A DNA stretch of 56,763 nt, filler included, from Sphacelaria rigidula (Eukaryota), in the NCBI GenBank assembly GCA_964200075.2. It is 6 parts of 6 records of this genome, joined end to end, with 100 filler letters (N's around TTAATTAATTAA, not from the genome) between each part and the next. Parts side by side here need not be neighbours in the genome. Positions count along the whole stretch, not along the records: positions 1 to 9,378 come from CAXNAA020008633.1; positions 9,479 to 18,856 come from CAXNAA020008634.1; 4 more parts are not named here. One strand, given 5' to 3'. The notes under the pieces are model-generated. The model made no database searches. It was not told the origin of the DNA and worked only from the letters and a program-made list of their open reading frames with translations. The translations under genes were made by a program, and so were the position numbers. This document shows, in pieces, positions 1 through 12,051 of the stretch; the stretch's first letter is position 1; each line of letters begins with the position of its first letter.

Positions 1-501
1 TTACTTTTTCCTTGTACCCCGCGTCTTCATCTATGGACAGCATTTCGTCTTGGTGGGGGGGGGATGCTGTCATGCACGAAAGGAAACAACGGCTACCGGC
101 TACCTTCTGCGAAAACAATTTCTGAAATTATCCGAAAAATGATACATTCAGTAATTTCCTATTTCGAGGGAAAATGATGAAGCAGCCGAGAATCATGCAC
201 AGAAGCTCGATGCACATGATCGTGGTTGACAGAAGGGGGGGGTTATTGTGGACGAAACAGCGCGTCTTTATCTAGTATACTAATGGCCTTATCGTCATCA
301 TTGGCGTATTTCCCAGTGTCAAGGGGCTCGAAATCGCATGCGCTTTCGTTCCTTCGGATTACGAAAACTCAATCCATAATGTGCCGATCGGGAACGATTT
401 CGCGGTAACGTTCACATAGCCTTCTGCAGGATCGTCACGACAGTCGTTTTATCTCAAACGTTGCACAGCCACAGGATACGCCCATTCCACGAACAATGAT
501 T

Positions 502-3500
502 TCAATGTGTTGGTAGTTTGTGTGCGTGCCACCGAAGGTTGGGGCGATTCTGCTGAGCTCGAGCGTCATCCTAAGATAGGAAGGGAGGGTATTTTGGGCC
601 ACTCCTTGCACGAGAATGCCACCTCATGCCGTTGCTAAACGCGGCAACTTTCGTTCGAACGCTCTTGGCACCAATAAGACACACTCATTAGTGCTGCTCG
701 ACACCGTTTTCACCCAAATGAAGCGCAACGCGAGTGTTCCACGTCGTTTGACACATATCTGAGACCCTGTTTTTTGTGCAATCAAACACCCTGCCCCCCC
801 CCCCCCCCCCCCCCCCCGCACACCCCCCCCCCCGCCAGACCCCACACACCCAGAACCGCCGCACCCCCCCNNNNNNNNNNCCCTGTTGCTCATATCTATA
901 CCACATTTTTTTTTCCAACAAAAAACCCCCCCCCCCCCCCCCCCCCCTCGTACGAACACTCTCGGAACGAAAAAGAAACAAATGCCTCCAACATCCCCCC
1001 CCGGCTTCGTATGTAGGTTTCTTCCGACATTGCGGCAGGTATCTTAGTATGCCGCATCCACGACAATAGATTGTGAGGATTGGGAAATCGGAACAAATAG
1101 AACGTTAAAATTATACTTGTGGGTAAAATGATCTTGATATATTGTACCTCCAGCTGAAGAGACGTCTTCATCTGATCAAGCTCCTCGGTCATCGCCGTCA
1201 TCGCCATTGCACCTAAGCCTGCATCGCTTACCCCGGGGTACCCTTCTCGAGGAACCGTTTTGCCGCCATATCCTCCTTCCGTATCGCTGTATCCGCCATT
1301 TTGACTGCGAGCCGTAGGTTTACTGTGTTTATTTCGCTGTGGTCTGGTGAAGAACCCTTGTCTCTCTGTTTCCACTTGCCGCTGTGCAAGCAGTTAGGTT
1401 CGAACCGCAGGGGAGGTGGAGGTCGAATTCAGACAGTGTGTCGCACTAAGTTTCTAGCTTCACCCATGTCTGATGGGTTTGGCCGCCAAATCTCGCTGGT
1501 ACCTGCCGTGCCAGTGCCCTTTCCGGAAGAATTACGAGCTGGGCCAGCCTAGAAGCGGATTTGAAGTTTGCAGGCCCTACTCCGGTCAATATTCAGAGTC
1601 GGAGCGTAAAATTTGGTTTGGACAATGCATAGGGCATGAAGAAAAAATACGTCGGTACCAAAAGTTTTTTTTCCCTTTTTTCATGAGTTAAGGGCAATAA
1701 TCAGTTTTCAGGAATCAGTAAAATGCCCGTACCTCATGAAAAAAGAGAAAACAAAACTCTCGGAAGCATTATCAACAAAACTCAGTGGGTCAGGTTTTTT
1801 CAATCATTCTTTCACTGGTTTAAGGTGTTCTAATGTGGTAAAGACCATTTCTTCACGAGAACGCCCTAATCTCTACGAAAAAAGTAAAACTAGTAAAGGC
1901 TCCTTTTTTTCATTCGCCACACTTTTGTGGTTCTCCATCCTAAGTTTCAAATCAAAATTTTAGAAATTGAGCTAAAGCATTGAGACAAGGCCTGAGAGCA
2001 ATGTTCATTTCTCCTCAAAATTCCACTAAAAACACGAAAAGAAATGAAAAGAAATGAAAAGAAATGAAGAAAAATGAAAAGAAATTACGAAAAGGTAACA
2101 AGCTGTTTAATTTTATTTTGTTGTGCACTAGCGGTTCACCATACAAAACGTCATAGAACAACTCTCAAAACCTGAGATGCGATATCCAGATTGAGGGCAT
2201 CTAGTGCCTCTGCTCGTAATATATTGATTTCAGTATGAAAACTTATGTGCGCCATATCTCGGGATAGATAACGAATTAGATTAAGGTGAGGGTATATATC
2301 GTCTCCCCGTGCTCCAGGGAATGGCCACACCATGATTCGTCGTCATCCGCTGAATGCATTGATCGGGGGTTTCATATATATGTTAGCATAGACGCCATCT
2401 CCGTTAGGTATAGGAATTACTAGACACGGGGTTCAATCAACGAGAAAATATGGTCCTAAACTTTTGAGCTGATGGGCGCCTTCCCCTTGGTTAGACGATT
2501 AATACAATATGCGCATCACGGCCCAACTCGTCTGTGTCGATGAGATATTGCTTTTAGAGCTTAAATCCGTTTTTAGGCTGGCCCAGCTCGCAGGGTCTCG
2601 TGATGCTGACGGAATCTACTGATACTACAGTAGCATGCGACGTTTCCAGCGTGTACGGGCACAAAAGTGTCTGCTGAAATGTTAGTTCTAGTGGACTATA
2701 ATGTGAAATACGGATGAATATCCTAGAACTCTCTCTCCTTTTGGGGAAAAGATAAACTGTTACACGTTTAAGAGCTGAACATGCAGACACTCCAATCAAG
2801 TACCCATTGAAATCCAAGCCGCAGTCGAGTGACCTGTGAACCCACATATTCCCGAAGCTGATCTTGACACTGCGGATAGAGGATTGAATCTACGTGGTTT
2901 ATTGCACTGCACTGAGATCATATAGTGATTGGCATCACATCGGAACTAAATAGTTGTTTATGGCGTCTTTAAACTGAATAGGTTTGTACCAAGGTATAAT
3001 CAAGTGGGTTGTGACTCTGCACTAATTCTAGCGGTGTTGGATACCATACCTGAAGCAAGCGCTTTCAGGAAGGAAACGGTAAGCTCGAGGAAACTCCATG
3101 CACTCGAGTCTCAGTGGAAACCCTGTGTCGGCACCGTTTTCCCCCCCCTTCGATTTGAGCCAAGCCATAGAATGTCAACTTTAGGGGTATACGTCAGGTG
3201 TTATGGTTCCATACCACGGACACATCCCTGCGAAGCCGAGATTCAACGTGTGGGAAAGCGTATCAACGGCGTCTGTCCTCTGCAATCTCCAGTTTATTTC
3301 GGGATATCGGAAGCAAGATGCGCATGTTTACGGGAAAATGATACAACAACGAAGCATCTACTTCGTCGGGCTTCCGTACTAGTAAGCTTCGCAATCAGCC
3401 AACACGAAATGATCGAGAAAGCAGCTTGCAAGCATCCATGGTCACCCCAGCTCAATGCCGATTGTTCCAACGACTTACTCACATAGCTAGGCGTCACAAT

Positions 3501-6500
3501 GTTCCCACCGCCGGCAGCCGCTCCCTGGACAACGTGCTGTTCCGAACCATCTTTGCCTTGTTCACTGCCCTCCTGGTGGTCGGCCCCGTCACTACTGCCG
3601 CTGTCGCCTCCGTTGAAAAGGTATCCGAACGCCGACCCAGCAGTCTCTCCGCCTTTTCCTTTGAAGAGTGCGGAGCCGACGCCGCCACCGTTTTCGGTGC
3701 CAACGCGACTTTCCACTGGAGCGTGAGGTTCGTGGCGGTCTCCCTGTCCGTAGCCTTTGACCACTGCTACCACGGTAGTTCCTGAAACGTTTGAAAGGCG
3801 CTTGGATCATGAGTTTAGCCGTGATTATTGTTTTTAGTTGAACGACCGGCCGGTAAAGCGACGTTCTATATCTTAGCTTCCAATATTGCTCAGGATTAAA
3901 CGTAGGCATCAACTTCATGCTCATATTTATGCGTGTGGACTAAAGGACCGTCATGCCGTAGCACGACGGCCATGTAGCGCACAGATATGTCGGTGCCAGT
4001 TTTGTCGCCTGTTGTCACTGTGCCGAGATTGTGAAATGCAGGCAAGGGTGGCGTGCACATCTCAACAAGGCACCTGAGCCGCGTTGATTCTAGCGCAAAT
4101 GTTTGAGATACAGGGTCATATCACGCTTCAAGAACGACTGAAAGACAGTCACCGATAGATACTGCAGTCTAGTCCCCCTACAAGATGTGTGAGGCATACC
4201 GCAAGGTCGATGTCTACGGGCAAGTACTAGTTTGAGTACAGCACGCATCCGCTAGACGTGGATGGTCGGAGGCGTAGTACTGCTTTTTCAGCGGTGCTCA
4301 CGGCGACTCGACACGTGCCCCTTTTGGATAATGCACGCCTCTCGATATAGATTCGCCCGTGATATATCACGCCCCCTCAATTTAAACAACCCTCTACATG
4401 CACCGCTCCTCGACGTACCCTGCCACTCCATCTAGAGCACCGGGTGGAGGCCTACATAAGCGCAGCCAATATGAAACTTGAGGGCGCGTGCCGCGGCATG
4501 ATGCGGCATTAGTTTTGTTCCCAGTGTGGTCGGTCGGCCCGACCACCGCATCCCTGCGTACATGCTGCCACTAAGCCTATGCCAGGCATACGTACCTACG
4601 TCTGAGAGGCACCGTAGGCACAGGAATGGACGCCAAGCTAAATGCATTCCAATAGTCGTATAGTGACGGACGGGTGAGTGTTGCTTGGGAAATGGGAACA
4701 TGCATGCCCTGGGAACCCTTTCCCAAAACAGTGTGCCGCCAAGAGGATATGACAAATCATGTACACAACTTGCCTTGATGATTTCCTTCTGAGGCGTTGA
4801 AATTGCTTAAAAGCGAAGACGGCTAGTGCCTGCAAGCATGCAATACCCCTAAGCGAAATAGACCCATGACGAACTGTACCTACGCCTTTCAGCAGAAGTA
4901 TAACCACGGGCATGGACACCAAGAAAAACAGAACCATAGCAGGCGGCATCAAGGCCGGCAACGAAGAGCGAATGGTCCTCCCGAAGCTCTCCGGCAGCGT
5001 ACAAACCGGCAAAGAATCTCGAAATTGTTTGTCGAATGTCATCTGTCCGGGTGAAAAAGAAGCACGTAGGTGGTGAATGATTTCGGCGGGATGTGTCGAG
5101 TGATGGATTGTGAGCGATGATGCGACGGGGAGCGAGTCGGGTGGGACTTGGAGATCTCGACTGCTCATCTTATTGGACAATGTTACGACCCACCAGGCAT
5201 AAGTTTTCTGACCATGCGCACGCATCAACTAAAAGACAGGCCGCGGGTTCAAGGCGATATCTACGTCAAGTGGATCTGACTCGGTGGGGAAAGTTACCAA
5301 CACGTGCAAAACGCAAGATAAGAAGATGAAAAAGGGAAGGTACCTCTGGTCGGTCTATGCTCTTCAAAATATCGTTTCAAGGATTATGTTCGGAACGATG
5401 TATGTTCTCGATCGAGCCGCGTGTATCTCCTCGCAAATAATGAGTCGTGTGAGCATATTTTGTGTCCGAAACGATGAGGAAGGAAATGTCGAGTATAGCA
5501 TCAGTGACGACCTCTTGGTCATTCGTGTAGGAGCTACAAACTGTCCTAGACCGTACCAAGCTCCTTGATGTACTACGGTAGAACTTGGCTAGTGTGCGGC
5601 TACTGTTGGTACTCCACAACCCGTATCGAGGGTGAAAAAGATTGTTCGTCGAGACTACAGGCTCATCCCAAAGATTGGGGGGGAGAGATTCAAAGCAGGA
5701 AGAAAAAATAGACGCGTATCAGGTGTCCGGGAAGAACCTCTGATATCACGGTTTAGTGCTACGAGGCTTGTGAAATATGCGAGGAACATGAACAGTCTGT
5801 TCTAACTCGCAGTTTGGCAATTCGTTTGCACGTGTATTGGGGGGACTCGATAATGGAAGACAGCAGGCAGCCGGAGCGTACTGTAATTCTGCGACGGTCT
5901 TCTTTCCATTACTTCGGTAGTATGTACTGTGCATCTACACGGCTTGGAGCTAGCGGCGCTCCGCGACGCTTGATATAAACCATTGCAGGTGTTAGCCCAC
6001 AGCTAGCCATTCACACGACTGCATATTGCGAACACAGTGTTCGTCAAATCTCATCGGCAGCATGTAGCAGTATGTTCTTCATCATCGAGCTAGGACTCAA
6101 GTCCGGCTGGGCGTTACGGTTCGAGGAATGTAATCATGACCGAAGGGAAGGAAAACGTGAACACGTTTATATATTCTCATGTTTCTGTGTTCAACATCCC
6201 ATATCACCTCGAAACTAGGTAGCAAACAAGCTTTTTCGAACTAAGTAGGATGAACGCATATTCATGCACCGAATCGTAGCAATAGGCTTTTGCCTGGATG
6301 TAACGATTCACGTGCGCGTACAGGCATTCTGCGGCACCCAAAGAAGCTCAAATTCCTCGGTGCCGCAGATGAACGCACCGGACGATACTGCCATTAAAGA
6401 ATTCACCGAATGCCATTGAATGAATCGACGCCGTTGTCACCTGCCACTCCTCCAACGACTTCTCTTCGGACACGCCGACTGCTTCCGAACTCTGCTCCAG

Positions 6501-6690
6501 GTACCCCCCCTGCACCGCTGCCACCGTCGCCGCTCCTGAGTTAACTCCGCTCTCGTTTGCCTCGTCTTCCTCAGAAGAACCTATCGGCTTCGTCGAAGCA
6601 TCGGCATTTGAAAGACCCCTCTTGTTTTCGATGATGGGTGATTCGTTCGTCTGAGGTTCTTGCACAGCATCCCCAGTCTCTGACCGGTGA
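502..6690 (-). CDS. Putative multi-exon gene of unknown function (low-complexity, acidic/Gly-rich); model incomplete
   Basis: Open segments bounded by AG/GT sites: ~6690-6441 (..EEKSLEEWQ|gtgaca), 3781-3483 (tttcag|..GGNIVTPSY|gtgagt), possible 36-nt exon 2869-2834, 1381-1148 (gcacag|RQVETE..MKTSLQLE|gtacaa), terminal 570-502 (cttag|DDARAQQNRPNLRWHAHKLPTH*). Phases are compatible from 3483 onward; the 6441-to-3781 junction is out of phase, so at least one exon is missing. No recognisable domain. Confidence 0.4.
1535..2590. mobile_element. Non-autonomous Tc1/mariner-like element (MITE), ~1.06 kb
   Basis: Left TIR cgagctgggccagcctagaagcggattt (1535-) matches the reverse complement of the right end, cgagctgggccagcctaaaaacggattt (ends 2590), at 26/28. 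TA precedes the left end; CA follows the right end (possibly mutated TA). AT-rich non-coding interior with (gaaatgaaaa)n near 2036-2085. A second copy at 28193 is also preceded by TA. Confidence 0.75.
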
Positions 6691-7318
6691 CTGTAAGTAT
6701 TCACCTTGTGTTGTCTGTCGTCCGAGTTTCAGCGGGGTGGGTGATGATACGGAGGCAGAGGCGGTGTTCGGTACAAGCCTGCTTCGCTTTATCTGTAATT
6801 TTGTTTTTGCCTGTATCGCTTGAAAATGGGTGTTCTATAGACATTTCTTGGGTGCACCTGCTGATTTTTGCCTCATAAAGGAGTAGGGGACAAATATTGA
6901 TACATGAGCCTGGACAAGAAGTACAGTGACGACACTGACGAGCGTTCACCAAACTGCTGCGATAATGGGGTGGATACTTGCATCGAAGACACGAACTGGG
7001 CGGGGACGTCGATGTCTACACGCTGTTTCGTTCGATGTTGTCAAGCCTGCTGAATCTTGACAACCGGCGTCAATTCCACACAGCCATGGACTCGTGGACC
7101 ACATCATCACAACCGTAGGAAAAACGAAACAGGAGTTCGTAGAGGAGATGAAAGAAACAAGATAATGTAAACTAGCATTGGTAACCGAGAAGCTGTGCGT
7201 CGACCTACGTGAAGTAAACTCTGGAGTTCTCAGGGTGTGTAGCCTTCTAGAGATCAGATAATCTTGTGATACCCACCGTACGAAATCCTCCGCAGACATT
7301 CCGCACGATCCTCTGGAT

Positions 7319-7326
<8 letters not shown>

Positions 7327-7359
<33 letters not shown>
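7327..7359. repeat. (TA)n/(TG)n microsatellite
   Basis: atatatatatatatatatatatat followed by gtgtgtgtg, read directly. Confidence 0.85.
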
Positions 7360-7360
<1 letters not shown>

Positions 7361-9108
7361 GTTTGAATGACTGATCATCGTGCATGCAGCCATCCGCTCA
7401 AATCTATGCTTGGTTACAAGATAGACGCACCCGAGATAATTACACGGAAGTATTTGCCCAAGGCAACTCGAGGGAACTGAAAAATGAAGGGTGGGGGGGG
7501 AGGGGGGGGGGGGCAAAACGAACGGAGCGAACTGAAAAAACACAAGAAAAAAGAGAAGGGAAGGAGAAGAACAATCTAGCAGCGATCTGGGAAAAGAGTC
7601 CGACAGATCCTTACCGCACGGCATCGGGTAGAGAGACCGCAGGAAACAAAAAATAGACGAAAACATGAACAAGAACACGAGAAAAAAACAAGAGAAGGTA
7701 CGGAAAACGGAGGATCAAAGAATGGAGGAAGAGAAGGACAAAGCGAAAAATGATGAAGAGGGAACGAAAGGAAGGAGAGTCGGAAACAGACCCAGAATAT
7801 AGCAGAAAAGTTGCTAGGGAATACCGTCAGCGTTGCAGGGAAAGGGAAGATGTGGACAACCGATGGGACAAGACCAGAGCATCACGTTTCGTACTACTCT
7901 TCCCGTTCGTCATTCATCTTTTGTCAGGGGCAAAGCGGACATCACCTCCGTCATATCTATCTCAGATTCCTCGTGAGCTGTTATTACGAAGACCCCGCTT
8001 TCTGACTACCGACTCCCGACGCGGAATCAGCTCCGTCCGATTTTCGATTCAAGGAGAAATACTCTACTCGAATGCGGAAACGCTCAGTCTCCAAATGAGC
8101 TAGTACCTGCTGAAATAATGTATTCGTGTTCTGAGCACCAGTATCAACTTGAAAGTAAACTCCAAACAACCGTTATACCTGAACGCTGCCATGTTTGTCG
8201 CCTCGACGTACTACTACTATGGTGAAAACTATATAGTCCTACGACCGAGAATATAGGATCAAATCATGCACCGGATGACACTTCAAGGAAGCGGTTATAT
8301 CCCCTTGATCTAACCTGATTGAACCTCAAACTCACTGTCCTATATAACGTTCATTCTCAGCAACGAGAAATCTCGGGTAACAGAAGGCAATCCAATACCA
8401 AATTCGAACAAACCTGCTGCAACTCTCACGCCGATTCTCTTGTGACCAGTAACACCTGCGTTGATGGTTCGAGTCCAACATTCTTCTGACGGCTGCAACG
8501 CTGCCCTGGGATGACGAACATCGACTGTTTCACAGCTCTGCATGCACTTGTGCAATCAATTTCCCTCCCAACCCCAACGCTAATTGAAGTGGTCGGAGAG
8601 AAATACCGAATAATGCGACCAGGGTTTCAACAGCAGCCTTAACAGCTAGGAACAATTGCTCGAAAATCATCCAAATGTGTTCCCAATTCGTCATCGCCTA
8701 GACAGTCCGAGGCAGGAAGTCTCCATGATACTTCCTCCCGCCTCTAGAAAGTACTACCGAATATTACCCTACCCCCCCCCCCCCCACCCCTTGATTTTCA
8801 TCGCGGATAGAGGGTGCATGTTTGGAACGCAAAGCAAACCCGCTGCTTGTAGTCTCGTTCCCCGCCTGTTTCGAGAGGAAAATGGGGAGAAAAATTCGGA
8901 ACGCAAGCCGTAGCCGGCGAGTCTTGCAGCGAGAATCGAGCCTCCTTGTCGTTCACTAGCGCCGTACACCCCCTCTTCCCGGGCTACCCGAGTATGTAAG
9001 CGGGTCATTGGTGTTCAAATTCCCACAAAACATAAGTTCAACGGGAACCACCGAGAACTTACGGTGAAGATCAGTCTTCATTCCTGAATATGTGGCACGG
9101 AACTTTTC

Positions 9109-9276
9109 ACACTCTGAACAAGATATGGTCAATAGATGTAATAGGCAAGAAGTGTACTGGATAAAGTATAGACCTATTGCGACTATTTTCGGCCGTCAAT
9201 AGTTGCAATAGGCTTACACTTTACCCAGTACACTTCTTGTCTATTGCACCTGTTGACCATATATTGTCCAGGGCGT
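9109..9276. other. Long imperfect inverted repeat/hairpin (candidate pre-miRNA or foldback element)
   Basis: Arms 9112-9187 and 9198-9273 (76 bp) are reverse-complementary with about 12 substitutions and no indels; 10-nt loop ttcggccgtc; perfect core caagaagtgtactgg/ccagtacacttcttg. Confidence 0.8.
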
Positions 9277-9298
9277 CGAACGTTAACATGCAACCTAG

Positions 9299-9378
9299 CG
9301 TGTGTGTGTTGTGTGTTGTCGTCCCATTTATTTTGGGCGCCAGTCTGCTCCTTTCGGGATATGTGGGCGCATCAGCCG
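9299..9378. repeat. Dispersed repeat (GT-rich end + gttgtcgtcccatttattYtgggcgccagtc), SINE/LINE-tail-like
   Basis: Near-identical to 28149-28190 in a different fragment. Confidence 0.65.
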
Positions 9379-9478
9379 NNNNNNNNNNNNNNNNNNNNNN
9401 NNNNNNNNNNNNNNNNNNNNNNTTAATTAATTAANNNNNNNNNNNNNNNNNNNNNNNNNNNNNNNNNNNNNNNNNNNN
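9379..9478. other. Artificial linker (44N-TTAATTAATTAA-44N)
   Basis: Six-frame stop linker, identical at five equally spaced positions. Confidence 0.97.
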
Positions 9479-10023
9479 ATGGACACAATCCCGGGGAGCG
9501 GTTGATTCTCATTTCAAAATACGTTCTCATTTTTCTGGGAACCCTGTTCATTAATGATGCAGACACACCCGGCCGCTGAAAGCCATGAAAAGCCTGCTCT
9601 GTATCGTATCGTAGATTCTCAATCTCATGAAAACATTGATGTTGTCGGTTGCTTTATGAAACGCACGTCACCGCCTTGAATGGAATACTGGACGGCGTTC
9701 CGTCAAACAAAGGCCGTCTTGTGTAGAAAACGAGCTAGCACTTGAAAAATGCGCGTGGGATGTGGGAGTCTATGCGTCGGTTTTCGTGGCTCGATGTATC
9801 GGCGCTGTCCTACCTCGTTGGTCTTGTCCGCCGCACTACAGAGTTTCCGGGCTAGCGCTGCTTCCAGAATTGCCGCAATATTGGCCTGTGCGCAAATCTA
9901 TGCCTCGATCTAAGCATAACTTCTCGTTGGTGAGAGTCATCACCGGTCGTTATGGTGGCATCACTTCACGACTGGAGACGTGTTCACTCAACCGGAGACC
10001 CTACTCCCCGACGCAAGACAGCA

Positions 10024-10740
10024 AAATGAGTGTATACAGCAGAGTTTTCAGTAACATGATCCGACTGTGTATAACGGACGCGAGACAAATCATTTTCAAC
10101 TAGCCCCGTTGATCATCTTCGAGGCCCCGTCCCAAAAGGGTCGACACATACTTTTTCAAATGCACCTGAAATAAATGTTCGGGCTTTATCACTCTATCAT
10201 CTATCAACTTCGAGAGTCTCTCGATGATGAACATCTCGAACGCATATACAAACCCCCTTCGCATGACTCTGAACATCTATTTCAAAAGCGATCGTACAGT
10301 TCAAGGGAAATGGTAAGCACCGAGAAGACGCAACGTAAAAAATGAGTGTATACAGCAGCGTTTCCAGCAACATGATCCGACTGTGTAGTACGGACGCGAA
10401 CAAATCACTTAATCTCGCACACCCCCCCTCCCCCCCCCCCCCCCCCCCCACTCTCCGCCCCATCCCCCCCGCCGCCGCCGCGGGCCCGCCCCAGTGCTTG
10501 CGGCCCNNNNNNNNNNTTTCCAGCACCATATCCGGCCTGTTTAGACCGGCCCCAAACAATCCCTTTAACCCCCCCCCCCCCCCTTCCCCCCCCCCCCCCC
10601 CGTATTTCTGTTTGAACATACCGTTACACCGCGAGGGTGGGTCACGTGCTGAATCGGCATCCATTTCATTTGGAAAAAAAAATGTACTGACCCTTCTGGG
10701 ACAGGGCCTCGAAGACGATCAATGAGTCATGCGAAGGGGG
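10024..10740. repeat. Rearranged repeat cluster: direct repeat plus two inverted-repeat pairs
   Basis: Direct repeat ~10024-10091 and ~10339-10408 (aaaatgagtgtatacagcag..catgatccgactgtgta..cggacgcga). Inverted pair 10109-10142 and 10689-10722 (31/34). Inverted pair cccccttcgcatgactc at 10253-10269 and 10724-10740. A 10-N gap lies at 10507-10516. Confidence 0.65.
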
Positions 10741-12051
10741 CAGTTCTGTCGTGCGGAACTAACTCTGTCCTCCTGTAGTACATGGGCACCAAATGGAAGT
10801 TGGGAACTGCTTTTTCGGGCAGACAGGAAACAGCGTCAAGCAGCCGTACGCTGGATGTTTTAACTCACGACCTCGATGGAACATGATACCAGGTAGGCAG
10901 CAGCAACTGCTGTGTGTCCAAGTGCCCCTTGGAGCAGGTTTCCCCCAAACCCCCGAATTCAATAGGGGTTTTAGAGTACAAAAATGTAGCAAAAAACGAG
11001 TCGTCAAATCGAGTCACAAAAAACGAGTCGCCGTAAACCGCCGAGTAGAAATGTCTATCCGGAGCAGAAACCAATTTCACGAAATGAATTGGAGTTGTCT
11101 TTTCTTCCACCTTATTTACGAACCCTTCCATTTCTCGGGATGATTTCGGAGTGTCGGGGGATCAACGCATGTTTCCTGGAAGACTCGTTACATACTCAAC
11201 ATTTTGAGACCGCAGATTTGAGCGGCACTACCGCACGACGTAGACTCCCGGCAAATAGTTCCCGCTACCGACGCGTCTCCATGTTCCCTGAGATGGAAAT
11301 CAGATACGTAACGGAGGGACGATTCTGCCGGTACTCAAACCTCAACCTTTCGTCCCCTTACCGCTGTCAGAGGAGGCAGTTGCGTGAACGGGACGCGGCG
11401 GTATGAGGTATGATTACAACTGCACCTCCCTTCAAGGTACCCCACGGGTGATGCTACGCTAGGGGTTGCCCTCTTTCAGCCGGAAGGTTTCCCGGGGCCG
11501 CTCGGGCTGCTGGACAGGTCATTCCGAGAATGGGCGTCGTTTTCACCTAAAAAAGACTGAAAATGATGCTGACTGACAAAAGGGCCCCTGCGTGCAAACT
11601 CGATGTTGATGGGAGTCCGGTCTCCGGAGATTTGGATTGCATAGTAAGCCCCATTTATTTGAGCCCGTGAAAACAAACAAAAAACAAAAACAAGGAGTGC
11701 AATCCATACCGTAGCATTGCTCCTACCGAAAGTACTAAAGCATCCGCCAAAGACATGCCATAAGATCGAAAAAGAGACGAAAATTAGCCAAAATGTCTAC
11801 AACCATGCTACGAAAACATGTTTGAAGATGATCAGTGATCACGAAATGATATACAAACATTTTATGCCGGCCTCCACCTCCCCTGGTCACCATCCAAACA
11901 CAGTGGCACCGTCACGCTCGGAAACAACTCCACTCATACTCTTTGCGGAGAGTTTCACGAACCATGACCTGCACAGAAGACAGATAGCGTTGAAAAGCGC
12001 CGACCCAAAACAATCAGGCGTGAAAAGGCGTGAACGGTCCCTGTCATCGAG

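Noticed and set aside
624-1069. Poly-Pro/poly-Gly ORFs (also ~10197-10725 and ~45624-46188)
   Set aside because: They derive from poly-C runs flanking 10-N gaps, i.e. low-quality contig ends rather than coding sequence.
8107-8169. FQVDTGAQ, resembling a retropepsin active-site motif (- strand)
   Set aside because: Isolated short match with no downstream protease motif and no gag/RT context; may be an ordinary exon or chance.
9423-9434. Periodic TTAATTAATTAA motif as a biological site
   Set aside because: A synthetic six-frame stop spacer embedded in N runs.
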